Of a DNA stretch of 64,000 bases, positions 19,618-28,874 are shown one piece after another. A model generated the notes under the pieces. That model worked only from the letters and a program-made list of their open reading frames with translations. It was not told the origin of the DNA and ran no database searches. The DNA is from Verrucomicrobiia bacterium (GTDB taxonomy: Bacteria > Verrucomicrobiota > Verrucomicrobiia > Limisphaerales > UBA1319): contig OY760937.1 of the NCBI GenBank assembly GCA_963664225.1, positions 352,001 through 416,000 of the forward strand. Direction: 5' to 3'. How positions within the stretch are numbered: the stretch's first letter is position 1; each line of letters begins with the position of its first letter. The position numbers were made by a program, and so were the translations under genes.

Positions 19618-20110
19618 GTCCTCGACTGCAAAAAAGCCCGTGGTTATTGCGTCAAACCGTGGTCAACACTCGTCGAAAAATCGTTGAGTGGTGGAGTGGT
19701 GCCTCTGTATAACGCCGCTCGAACTTTCTTTCGAGGGCAAACATCGTCGTGAACGTGCAATCCAACTTTTTGCCTCGCGTTTGAGGCAGACTCTTTTGGA
19801 CAATGTTCGAAGATCTTTTCACAAAAATCTGCACCGTTGATTGAGTGGAGACTACGAGATTCGAACCCCGTTGTCTCTTTGAAAAAGGGTATCCTCGAAC
19901 CTATCCCCGCACCTGTCCCCACGGCGGGGATACCCTGCGAATCAACGGCATCCTGTGTTTACCGTCGTTTTGTCGTGGTTTGTCCGCTTGACGGCATCCC
20001 CGACTTCGGTCGGTTTTATGGCTCGCACGGCTGCTGTTTGTGTGGAAGCCGTGCTCGCCAAAAACCTCCCTCATCGCTCACGCGAAAACGAGTTCACCGG
20101 CGGACGGGTT
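19618..20110 (-). repeat. Internal inverted copy of the complete attP junction (493 bp)
   Basis: Equals the reverse complement of 49420-49835 joined to 17829-17905 across the GCACCACT core. Confidence 0.93.
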
Positions 20111-20166
20111 AATTTTCTTGGAAAATCCTCTTTTTTAAAGTCGCCATGAGGCGATCCCCGCATTTG

Positions 20167-21360
20167 TTATTGGACTTCGAGCTTGGTAACGAGATTATTA
20201 ACGCTTACGCCGCCTGCGGCACCGTTTTTAGCACTGAGCCCCAGGAGCATTTCCAACTGCAACCGACAGGAACCAGAGGCCGGAGATTTCTGATCATTTG
20301 ATACGAATTTGATTGTGGCCGTGATGGAATCATTGGGTTTGATTTCTGTGGCTGGGGAAAATGTGTTTGGCTGATACCCGTAACTTGAAAAGAATGCGAG
20401 GCTGATTCCTGAAACACTTGTTCGGTTGCCACTAAATTCAGAACCAGTCGAATCGGTGATTCGTCCATTTATGGTGCCCATGAGTTCAGTGCCTACGGCC
20501 ACCCAAATCGACTTCGCTTTGTTTTGATTTGTTAATGACATCGTAAGCAAGTATTGCGTATCATTTACGATACGAAGGGGCTGCAGGTCGATGCGGAGGT
20601 CTCCGAAGGTTTTGCTGGCAGAAGGCTTCTCATCACTGGCTGCTCCGGCTGCGGGTTCAGTAGCGGGGTGAGACATGAGTTGCTGCACATTCGTGTCTGT
20701 CATAAATTCAGCCCTGGCGGCTCCCACGATCTCGGCGGTTTCAGTGGTGATTACCTTTGCTGTAAGGCTGGTCTTTTGGCCTTTCGGTATGATCGTTCCG
20801 ATCACCAGTGCGTCCACACCGGCAAATTTTCCAAGCTGTTTGGCGTTTTCCGGGTCCACAAGACCCAGTGATGTTAGCTTGTGCTCAGCCAGGATTCTTC
20901 TGAGATTTGCCCGGTCGAGCACTGAGAAATCCCGTTTGCCCATCACAAAGTTTACCGTCAATTGCTCAGCGATATATTTTCCGAGTTCACCGCTTGGCGA
21001 GCCTTGAAGATCTGTAAAATCGACCACTGCCACTTTTTTCATGGCCTTGTCTTTAATTGGGGCCGCGAGCTTTTCGGTCAGGTCGGAAAGCTCTTTGTCC
21101 ATATCCTGGGTTTGGGCGAGCGCATGGCCGCACAAAACGATGCACAGAAAGGCTGTCAGGGAGCGTTGCAGATTCATAACTTGGATTCTTGGTTGAATGA
21201 TCCTACTGGATCGACATTTTGGTGTCCTTTGAGATTTGTTTGATGAGGCGTTCTTCGGCCATTGAACGCGCCTCCACCTGTTTAAAACCGGAGCCATTTG
21301 CAGTGAATGTCCATGTTCCGCCTTGGACGCTTCTGGCGATTGGCAATACTTGCACCTCAA
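20167..21360 (-). CDS. CsgG/FlgO-like secreted protein; probable start ~21178 (MNLQR)
   Basis: Signal peptide, VAVVDF, DRANLRRILAE, AKQLGKFAGVDALVIG. Confidence 0.7.
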   Translation of the reverse strand: MRCKYCQSPEASKAEHGHSLQMAPVLNRWRRVQWPKNASSNKSQRTPKCRSSRIIQPRIQVMNLQRSLTAFLCIVLCGHALAQTQDMDKELSDLTEKLAAPIKDKAMKKVAVVDFTDLQGSPSGELGKYIAEQLTVNFVMGKRDFSVLDRANLRRILAEHKLTSLGLVDPENAKQLGKFAGVDALVIGTIIPKGQKTSLTAKVITTETAEIVGAARAEFMTDTNVQQLMSHPATEPAAGAASDEKPSASKTFGDLRIDLQPLRIVNDTQYLLTMSLTNQNKAKSIWVAVGTELMGTINGRITDSTGSEFSGNRTSVSGISLAFFSSYGYQPNTFSPATEIKPNDSITATIKFVSNDQKSPASGSCRLQLEMLLGLSAKNGAAGGVSVNNLVTKLEVQ

Positions 21361-22168
21361 GCTGCATATTTGCGGTGACGAGATTTAGCAGAGAAGGGGT
21401 CGTTGAATACTGGACAGTCTGTTGAGAGAGTATGAGGGCGTCCAAGGAGTTGGCGACCTCCAGTTTGTTTAGAACATCGGTTGAACCGCCGAATACCGTG
21501 GCGAAAAGTTTGTCAGAAACGAATTCAGGTTTGAAAAATGAGGAGAGAAACTCGACGGAGTTGGTTTTGAAGTGCTGAGCCAGGGCGGTGCTTACGTTCT
21601 GGTTCAACTTTCCATCATCGGATACGACCACGATGGCCACTGATTTTGTTGAAGGCGTGCGATTAAAGCCGGTATTCAGATAGCGCGCCAAAAAACGTGC
21701 ATGTTTCGCCGCTTCTTCTTCGCGAAGTTTTGCTGCCGCCTCCTCATGGAGCTTCGTCACCCTGGCCTCTTCAGCGGCTCTCTCCGCAGCAATCTCGCTG
21801 GCCCTGTTAGGTCGCTGCTCCTGTGGCTGGGGAATCGATACTGCTTGAGCAGGCGTTGGGTTGGCGACCTTTGGTTGATATTGTATTTGCGGGGTAGGCT
21901 GGTAAACCCGCTGCGGTTCTGAATATCCGGCTCTAAAGAAAAAGCAATTGATGGTCAGCGCGATGATGACAAGGCCACCAATAAAATACTTCAGCTTTTG
22001 TTTGTTCGACTCCGTGCTCATACCGATCTGATTGTGCATTGGATTACACGGGCTTGCACTGGAGGATAAATCTGGCGAAAAGGGTTGACTATGGCAAGCC
22101 AACAATGGGGATAACAGGACATCCTGAAAATGTGGTATGATTTTTTGTTGTTCGTATTGTTCAGCCAC
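21203..22168 (-). CDS. Hypothetical membrane-anchored protein; probable start ~22022
   Basis: TM helix, PQ-rich linker, coiled coil, alpha/beta C-terminal domain. Confidence 0.6.
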   Translation of the reverse strand: MAEQYEQQKIIPHFQDVLLSPLLACHSQPFSPDLSSSASPCNPMHNQIGMSTESNKQKLKYFIGGLVIIALTINCFFFRAGYSEPQRVYQPTPQIQYQPKVANPTPAQAVSIPQPQEQRPNRASEIAAERAAEEARVTKLHEEAAAKLREEEAAKHARFLARYLNTGFNRTPSTKSVAIVVVSDDGKLNQNVSTALAQHFKTNSVEFLSSFFKPEFVSDKLFATVFGGSTDVLNKLEVANSLDALILSQQTVQYSTTPSLLNLVTANMQLEVQVLPIARSVQGGTWTFTANGSGFKQVEARSMAEERLIKQISKDTKMSIQ

Positions 22169-22268
22169 ACCTCTATTACCATGACGGCTCGCAGCAAACG
22201 TATGTCGTCATTTCGCACGCATGAAGGCCGCGCGGCGAGTTTCACTCGCGGAATGGAGGTATGCTTGG

Positions 22269-23531
22269 ATGGAACAAGACAACCTTGTATTTGTAGGGAA
22301 GCGACATGAGTGGGGTGATGACATCCCATTTGGAATTGATGTTGCCGCCCGACGCCAGCACGTCTATGTGATTGGACAGACCGGTTCGGGAAAATCCACC
22401 TTGCTTCGCAATTTGATCCTGCAAGACATCGAGGAAGGTCGCGGTGTGGGGGTAATTGATCCGCATGGTGATCTGGCGTCGGACATTTTGGAGCATATTC
22501 CACCGTGGCGGACTGGTGATGTTGTGTATTTCGATCCATCTGATGATCATCCACTTGCAATCAATCTATTTCGCGCCACAACCGATAATTGGCATCTCGT
22601 CACCTCGGGCATTGTGTCGGCATTCAAAAACATTTGGGGGAATTCCTGGGGGCCACGACTTGAATACGTGCTGTATGCGACGGTTGCGGCACTGGTGCAA
22701 TGCGACAATACAAGCCTTTTGGGAGTATCCCGGATGCTCTATGACGACAAATACCGATCCTGGGTCGTAAAGCAGGTCACAGACCCCATGGTGCGGTCAT
22801 TTTGGATAAATGAGTTTGCCAATTATGATCGCAGTTTTCGGAATGAAGTCGTGAGCCCCATTCAAAACAAGGTTGGGCAGATATTCCTTGCTCCCGCGCT
22901 TCGCAATGTCCTGGGGCAGGTCGGCATGAAAATCAATTTCCGCTTCATGATGGATCACAAGCGCATCTTTGTGGCCAATCTAAGCAAGGGCCTTATCGGC
23001 GAGGCACACAGCAGTCTCCTGGGATCACTTCTCGTTACGGGCTTCGAGTTGGCTGCGCTGTCGCGCGCCGACATTCCGGCCAATGAGCGCGAGGACTTCT
23101 TTTTGTATGCCGATGAGTTCCATCACTACGCGACCGATTCATTTGCGGGCATCCTTTCGGAAGCGCGCAAATACCGACTCTGTCTCACGCTCGCGCATCA
23201 ATATCTCGGACAGTTGACTGAGGAGATAAGCGATGCAGTGTTTGGCAACGTCGGCACGTTTCTCGCGTTTCGGGTGAGCGAAGCCGACGCATTAGTGCTC
23301 CAACGACAATTTGGCGACAATCTCAGTCCAGCGCATTTTACGGGCCTCGAAAATTTTGAATTATGTGCGCGACTGTTGAACAAAGAACCCTTCCTCGCGA
23401 CCTCGTTGCCGCCGTTGGAAACATCGAGGCGACGGCGGAAAATCATCATGCGAAATTCTCGCCAGAAATATTCCACGCGGAAAAAGGTGGTTGAAGAAAA
23501 GATTGAACGCTGGTTAAAAAGGAGGCATTGA
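22269..23531 (+). CDS. VirD4/TraD-like (HerA-FtsK superfamily) ATPase
   Basis: Walker A GQTGSGKS, IDPHGD, Walker B LYADEF, SEARKY..LAHQ. Confidence 0.88.
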   Translation: MEQDNLVFVGKRHEWGDDIPFGIDVAARRQHVYVIGQTGSGKSTLLRNLILQDIEEGRGVGVIDPHGDLASDILEHIPPWRTGDVVYFDPSDDHPLAINLFRATTDNWHLVTSGIVSAFKNIWGNSWGPRLEYVLYATVAALVQCDNTSLLGVSRMLYDDKYRSWVVKQVTDPMVRSFWINEFANYDRSFRNEVVSPIQNKVGQIFLAPALRNVLGQVGMKINFRFMMDHKRIFVANLSKGLIGEAHSSLLGSLLVTGFELAALSRADIPANEREDFFLYADEFHHYATDSFAGILSEARKYRLCLTLAHQYLGQLTEEISDAVFGNVGTFLAFRVSEADALVLQRQFGDNLSPAHFTGLENFELCARLLNKEPFLATSLPPLETSRRRRKIIMRNSRQKYSTRKKVVEEKIERWLKRRH

Positions 23532-24352
23532 TTTTGAGTATGATTATTGAATCAACAGACCCCTCCACGAGCCGGTCGCGGTTCATAACAAGGACATACG
23601 TGAATATGGCGGTTATCACTGCCATGTTTATCCTCGGTGTAATCGTGCTTTCGTTTTTGTCATCGGTGCTTTTTCCAGGTTCCTCTATGACCATGTTGAT
23701 CTTCGATGGCATCGCCCTGGCGTGCGCGTATTATTTCTATATTCTATGGGAAAAACGCCCAATTCGCTTGGTGTGTCGAAACTGCAATAAAATCATTTTG
23801 AGCAATACGCCGTGGTTTTGTGCCGCGTGCAATCGGCCAAACACGAATACGACCGAATTTCCCTTTGTTCATAAATGCGAGCATTGTGGCGCGGAGCCGA
23901 AGGCTTATCGGTGTCATAATCCGGAATGCAAAGAGATAATTTATTTGTCGGAGGACGAGGACAAGACAAATTACGCCCACCGCTTGAACTCGCCGGATGA
24001 AAATTCAGAGCAGGATAAACGCACCCAGCAATTAAAGACGAAGCTGCAAATGAAAGAGGACAGGGAACATGAGATTTTGATGGCGCAATCCGATGTCACT
24101 TTGATAGAGCTCAAGCAACGGCACAAGTTTATCAAAGGTCTGATCAAATCCTCAAAGAAAAAGCCACCGATTGAATCGAAAAGAGAAAATCTGAAGGAAT
24201 TCTTCGGCACTTCCATAGCGGCTGAACAGGCAGCGCGCGAACAAAAGGCGGCTAACGCCATTGAATGCAAGGGCGATGCAGCGGAGCGCAGGCGGAGAGA
24301 TCGCGTCGTGGATTCCTGGCTGGAGCGCGAAAAGGCAGGAGACAATGAATAA
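23528..24352 (+). CDS. Hypothetical membrane protein with Cys-rich zinc ribbons and coiled coil
   Basis: 2 TM, CRNC/CAAC/CEHC/CHNPEC; overlaps the ATPase stop. Confidence 0.7.
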   Translation: MILSMIIESTDPSTSRSRFITRTYVNMAVITAMFILGVIVLSFLSSVLFPGSSMTMLIFDGIALACAYYFYILWEKRPIRLVCRNCNKIILSNTPWFCAACNRPNTNTTEFPFVHKCEHCGAEPKAYRCHNPECKEIIYLSEDEDKTNYAHRLNSPDENSEQDKRTQQLKTKLQMKEDREHEILMAQSDVTLIELKQRHKFIKGLIKSSKKKPPIESKRENLKEFFGTSIAAEQAAREQKAANAIECKGDAAERRRRDRVVDSWLEREKAGDNE

Positions 24353-24376
24353 CCCCGTTCCTGTGAACGGGGTTAT
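24349..24376. terminator. 12-bp perfect stem-loop, probable terminator
   Basis: ATAACCCCGTTC-ctgt-GAACGGGGTTAT. Confidence 0.7.
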
Positions 24377-24905
24377 CTCTAATGCGACGGTTCATAACGA
24401 GTCGCAATGAGACGTGGATCGCACGTCTTTGGCTGAACAGCCAGGCGGGCAACCTCTTCATACATGCGTAAGTGTTCTTGAAGATCGCGATGCATGATGT
24501 AACGGAATGATGCGCCGTAGGCTTTCGGCATATTGCGTATTTGTCCTTCGATGGTGTCGAGCAGAGCTTGAACATCGAGTTCTTCAGTCTGAGCATTCAT
24601 CTGATCCTGAGTTTGGAATGGATAACCGTTATCCTGTTCCTGTCTGAGGTGTGGAAAAATGCGGTCATGAATCTCTCGGTTGATACGCAGTTTGAAAATC
24701 TTCCAGCGCATCCGTGAAAAGAACGATTCCTTGGTATTTCTGTGCATAAACCATTGGTGGTCAATGTTTGTTGACAGTTGAAGAAACCAACCACGTCGTA
24801 TGGCGGGCTTCACACGACTGTCAAACGGAGGAGGGATGCCAGGGAAAAGTCTGCTACGTATTATATCACAAAAGTCGAGTTGGTACAAGGGGCGCGGGGC
24901 TCGCA

Positions 24906-24934
24906 TTGACGATTAAAACAAGCCTTGCTTTAAT
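24906..24934 (+). promoter_or_regulatory. Sigma70-like promoter for the 24980-26308 operon
   Basis: TTGACG-17 nt-TTTAAT; AAGGAG RBS before 24980. Confidence 0.55.
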
Positions 24935-24979
24935 GATAGGCGGAACATTCGTTCCTTAACTTCAACATAAAGGAGATCG

Positions 24980-25279
24980 ATGAACACGCCATCTGCTCGT
25001 TCTGACGAGCCGCAGCCAAAATTCCTTGTCGGCCGAATCGTGGCAACGCCAAATGCGATCAATCAAATTCCCAGTGATGAGATTATGAATGCGCTGGCAC
25101 GCCACATTCAGGGCGATTGGGGAGCGTTGGATACGGACGATTGGGACTCAAACGAATGCGCCCTTAAAAACGGCGGACGTTTGTTTTCTCAGTATCGCTC
25201 GACACAAGACATCAAGTTTTGGATAACAACGGAAGCCGACAGGTCGGTGACGACCGTTCTTTTACCGGAGGACTATTGA
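24980..25279 (+). CDS. Small plasmid/ICE-associated hypothetical protein (paralog 1 of 3)
   Basis: GRIVATP...RH..GDWG...RLFS.Y...WITTEADRSVTTVLLPEDY. Confidence 0.8.
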   Translation: MNTPSARSDEPQPKFLVGRIVATPNAINQIPSDEIMNALARHIQGDWGALDTDDWDSNECALKNGGRLFSQYRSTQDIKFWITTEADRSVTTVLLPEDY

Positions 25280-26308
25280 ATGAACAAATCATGGATAGAC
25301 TTCAAGGCGCTTCGTGCGGAATTGGATTTCGCGGAAGTGCTCCACCACTACGGTGTGGAGGTTAAAGGCAACGGCAAACAACATCATGGTTTTTGTCCGC
25401 TGCCGAATCACAATGGAAATCGCAATTCGCCTTCGTTTTCGGCGAATCTTGAACGAGGGATATTCCAGTGTTTCGGCTGCGGTGCAAAAGGCAATGTTCT
25501 TGAATTCGCCGCTTTCATGGAAAAATCCGATCCCCAGGATGGTGCGGCTTTGCGCGAAGTTGCTCTCAAACTCCAACAACGCTTTTGTCCGGAACTTGGA
25601 GACCAGCCAAAGGAAATTAAAAAGCCCATTCAACAGCGGTTGGAGCCCATCAAACCGGAGAGTGAACTGCCGGTTCTCGTCAACGTCCCGCTCGATTTTG
25701 AGCTCAAGGACTTGGATCAAACCCACCCATACGCCTTTGATCGAGGGTTTACAAAGGACACCATTGCCCATTTCGGGCTCGGCTTTTGTTCACGCGGAAT
25801 GCTCAAAGGTCGTCTGGCGATTCCGCTTCATGACGATCAGGGGAGATTGATAGGGTATGCGGGCCGCCTCGTCGATGACACCAACGTGAGTGAAGAGAAT
25901 CCTCGTTACCGGTTTCCGGGCAAGCGAGAAAGAGACGGCAAGGTCTTCGAATTTCGAAAGACTGCATTTCTTTACAACGGCTATCGGATCAAAGCTCCGG
26001 TGGATGATCTCATCGTTGTCGAAGGGTTCACCTCGGTGTGGTGGTTGCATCAAAACGGCCAGCCTCGAGTGGTTGCTACCATGGGTGCCGACTGCTCGGA
26101 AAAACAGGCGGAACTTATCGTTTCCTTCGTGAAGCCAAAGGGACGTGTCTGGATTGTTCCCGATGGGGATATCGCAGGGGAGCGACTGGTGCATTCGCTC
26201 CTATTTCAGGTTTCGCCACACCGTCTGGTACGGTGGATGAAACTTGCCAACGACATTCAGCCGACGGATTTGTCCGCTGAACAATTAAAAACATGCTTCA
26301 TCTTGTGA
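25280..26308 (+). CDS. DnaG-like primase (CHC2 zinc finger + TOPRIM)
   Basis: CPLPNH...CFGC, IGYAGR, VVEGF, DGDIAG. Confidence 0.85.
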   Translation: MNKSWIDFKALRAELDFAEVLHHYGVEVKGNGKQHHGFCPLPNHNGNRNSPSFSANLERGIFQCFGCGAKGNVLEFAAFMEKSDPQDGAALREVALKLQQRFCPELGDQPKEIKKPIQQRLEPIKPESELPVLVNVPLDFELKDLDQTHPYAFDRGFTKDTIAHFGLGFCSRGMLKGRLAIPLHDDQGRLIGYAGRLVDDTNVSEENPRYRFPGKRERDGKVFEFRKTAFLYNGYRIKAPVDDLIVVEGFTSVWWLHQNGQPRVVATMGADCSEKQAELIVSFVKPKGRVWIVPDGDIAGERLVHSLLFQVSPHRLVRWMKLANDIQPTDLSAEQLKTCFIL

Positions 26309-26313
26309 AGCGC

Positions 26314-26338
26314 AGCGATCCGTGAGGGTCGCTTTTTT
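26314..26338 (+). terminator. Terminator between primase and XRE gene
   Basis: AGCGATCC-gtga-GGGTCGCT then a T-run. Confidence 0.65.
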
Positions 26339-26558
26339 AAACGTCGCGAACCAGGTCGCGGACGTGAACTTTTAGAGCTGTTGCAATGCGTGTAAGCGCA
26401 TCCACTGATATCGTCTTTTCCATGCGCTCCACTTCACCGATGTATTTCGGGTTTAAATCCGCCAGTTCTCCAAGCCGTTCCTGGGTCAGGTTCGCCTTCT
26501 TGCGGTAATGGCGAATGGCTTGACCAAGTGCTTTTCGGTTTTCTGGATGTGTAACCAC
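26337..26558 (-). CDS. XRE-family HTH regulator (C-protein-like)
   Basis: LTQERLGELADLNPKYIGEVER HTH. Confidence 0.88.
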   Translation of the reverse strand: MVTHPENRKALGQAIRHYRKKANLTQERLGELADLNPKYIGEVERMEKTISVDALTRIATALKVHVRDLVRDV

Positions 26559-26595
26559 AGGCCGTCAGCCTAGCCGACAGGCGCTCCCTCATTAC

Positions 26596-26611
26596 ACCAG
26601 CTATAGCTGGT
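26596..26611. promoter_or_regulatory. 16-bp perfect palindrome, putative XRE operator
   Basis: ACCAGCTATAGCTGGT between divergent genes. Confidence 0.6.
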
Positions 26612-26657
26612 ATTATTTTCTTGCAATCTTCCCGCTTTTGCCTGATTATTCAGCCAT

Positions 26658-26915
26658 ATGAACAACCCTATCGAATTCCTTCGCAGAATCGGCCCAGACC
26701 CTCATGCAAACGGCAGGCAGACGGTTGCGCTCAATAATTGCCCGGACATTTTTGAACTCAAATCCGGGGATTTCGCCATCATCGGCATCGACATTACAGA
26801 TACCGCCAAACCGAAATTGCCGCCGACGGCGGGCTGCGGCCCCGATGAACGGATTGTCTTTATCCCGCGAAATCTGCTCGTCGAAGCCAGGTCTGACATT
26901 CCCAAAACGGTTTAG
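26658..26915 (+). CDS. Small hypothetical protein (CPDIFEL motif)
   Basis: 85-aa ORF divergent from XRE, globular composition. Confidence 0.7.
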   Translation: MNNPIEFLRRIGPDPHANGRQTVALNNCPDIFELKSGDFAIIGIDITDTAKPKLPPTAGCGPDERIVFIPRNLLVEARSDIPKTV

Positions 26916-26956
26916 GGGATTTGGTGTAATCCCGCCTGCTCCGGTATAATGGGCGG

Positions 26957-27409
26957 ATGGGAGCATTTCAATGGCTTGGAGAGCATTGGTTCGACTGCGT
27001 TCAAATCGTTGGCGTGGTCGGTGGTTTGCTGCTGACCGCATATACGATTCACAAGGATGCGCGGGCGCGACAAATCAGCAACCTGATCGCGTTGAATGAT
27101 CGGCACGATGAAATATGGAGCACGTTTTACGAGCGTCCTCAATTGGCGCGTGTTCTCAAGAGCACCGTCGATTTGAAAAAGCAGCCTGTGTCCGATGAGG
27201 AGCACCTGTTTGTGAAAATGCTTTTCATCCACCTGGATACCATTCGGCGGACAACCAAAGCGGGAATGTTCATCAAGATTGTGGAAATCCAGAATGACAT
27301 TCACGGCTTCATAAAACTTCCCATACCCAAAGCGGTTTGGGAAAAACTCAAACCCTTTCAGGATGAGGATTTCATTTCATTTGTGGAAGATTGTCAGAAT
27401 CTCCGGTAA
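26957..27409 (+). CDS. Hypothetical protein with N-terminal TM and helical domain (DUF6082/DUF4760-like)
   Basis: TM followed by an all-alpha domain; family from recollection only. Confidence 0.6.
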   Translation: MGAFQWLGEHWFDCVQIVGVVGGLLLTAYTIHKDARARQISNLIALNDRHDEIWSTFYERPQLARVLKSTVDLKKQPVSDEEHLFVKMLFIHLDTIRRTTKAGMFIKIVEIQNDIHGFIKLPIPKAVWEKLKPFQDEDFISFVEDCQNLR

Positions 27410-28388
27410 CTACCTTGCCTTCGAGGAGACATCTCTTTTTGATTTTCGATTCGATGAATGACTCGCGCTCCGGCTGGTGTCGGTATTCAAACCGGCGCCT
27501 GGGCCGTTCGTTGTAAAATGGGGTGCCAATCGTCAGGTTGCGGTAATCCATCGGCAGAATCCAGATCGCGCCAAGAGGGTCGGCGATTACATCTGCAAGG
27601 GTTGTGAGCCACGTTCGGCTCAATATGGGCGGGTCGTTCTGCGCCAGCCGTTCCGCTGTGTTATTCCGACGCTCGGCGGATTTGAGAACCATGAGAACAC
27701 GAAAGGGGAATTCCTTGAAATCAGTTCGCGGAACACCATTGCGAACAGCAAACCCGCCGGATTTGTAATATTCCCGGTAACAGTCAGCCTTGGCGACGAG
27801 GACATCCTGAGTTTCGCTTGAACGATCCACTTCAAGAAAACAGTCGTAGGCATAACCTTTTGTACCGGGTTCCTTTTCGTGGATACGGAGGAAACCGTCC
27901 GGCTTTACCAAAATATTGGTGCCGTCGCCAGGACGGGATGCCTCGAATTGGTATAACAGCGGCCATGTGCTGAATTCAAGGATCGAAAAAGTTTCAGATT
28001 TAACGAGTGCGGCATGGAACGCCGCTTTTACATCCATGATCTCAAGTTCATGGCGCAGAGTGACTTCGCTCACATTTGCGCGTGCTTCGAAAGAGCTTTT
28101 TCCAAGTGACGGGTATTCTGCAAGATGACCTTGGTCGGTGAGCAGGGTAAAGGCCTTACGGGTTAAAAAGAGAACGGATGACTCATTTGCATTTCGTTTT
28201 CGTTCGCCAATATATCCGGCGGCTTTGAGTTTTTGGAGGCGCTTTTTGGTATATTCGCGTTTGCTCTCGAAATACAGGGTTGCAATGTGCGCGCCGGTCA
28301 TTACGCGGGATTCAAAAAGGCCACGGAGGAGGGCGATGTCGCGGTCTTGAAGTTGTATGGGTTCAACGTGTGTTTTCAAGGTGGCCAT
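27372..28388 (-). CDS. Replication-relaxation (Replic_Relax) family protein
   Basis: LQDRDIALL winged helix, LRHELEI, VKPDGF, FLEVDRSSE..K..Y PD-(D/E)xK-like motifs. Confidence 0.85.
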   Translation of the reverse strand: MATLKTHVEPIQLQDRDIALLRGLFESRVMTGAHIATLYFESKREYTKKRLQKLKAAGYIGERKRNANESSVLFLTRKAFTLLTDQGHLAEYPSLGKSSFEARANVSEVTLRHELEIMDVKAAFHAALVKSETFSILEFSTWPLLYQFEASRPGDGTNILVKPDGFLRIHEKEPGTKGYAYDCFLEVDRSSETQDVLVAKADCYREYYKSGGFAVRNGVPRTDFKEFPFRVLMVLKSAERRNNTAERLAQNDPPILSRTWLTTLADVIADPLGAIWILPMDYRNLTIGTPFYNERPRRRFEYRHQPERESFIESKIKKRCLLEGKVVTGDSDNLPQMK

Positions 28389-28874
28389 GTGTGAATATTT
28401 TTAATTGATACGCCTTCTTTGATAACTTCATCGACGATGGTTTTAAATCCACAATTCAAGCGGAAAACAAATATATGTTAGTGAAATAGACGCGTATAGT
28501 CAATCGGTTTGGATTGCGAATCAAATGCGGTTATGGGGGGGTGTGGATTGTGCAATGTGTTTGTGAACGTCCATTCAAGTCCCTCGGCTTTTTATATGCA
28601 ACATAGTGCGTCATCGCACCAAAGTGCGTGCGGTTAAAAATGAGCTCGGTTGCGGCGATTGCTTTGACGTTTAAAAACTCATTTTGTCCCATTCTTGGAC
28701 AAAATGCGTGTTAGCACACTCTTTGATAATAAAAGAATAAAATAAATCATAATTGTTTTGACACAGGAAAGGGTGCTGATATTATGTCTCCTAATAAATG
28801 TTAGGGCAGGAAAGTCGGTCCTGCGGTGTTTCTTCCTGCCGGTTCGGGTTAATTGTCCGTCAATATTCTATCCT

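Noticed and set aside
19575..19752. Independently translated integrase C-terminal peptide from the spare attP
   Set aside because: Frame is open (..KPWS..VPLYNAARTFF..) but has an upstream stop and no convincing start codon or RBS
19644..20149. ORF-track ORFs inside the duplicated attP arm (and mirrors at 49385-50099)
   Set aside because: Overlapping frames on both strands, no RBS or motifs, and ends differ between copies; better explained as structured non-coding DNA
24379..24906. Minus-strand ORFs between the zinc-ribbon gene and the primase operon
   Set aside because: No motifs and ambiguous starts; the 24379-24600 portion may be real but I cannot support it
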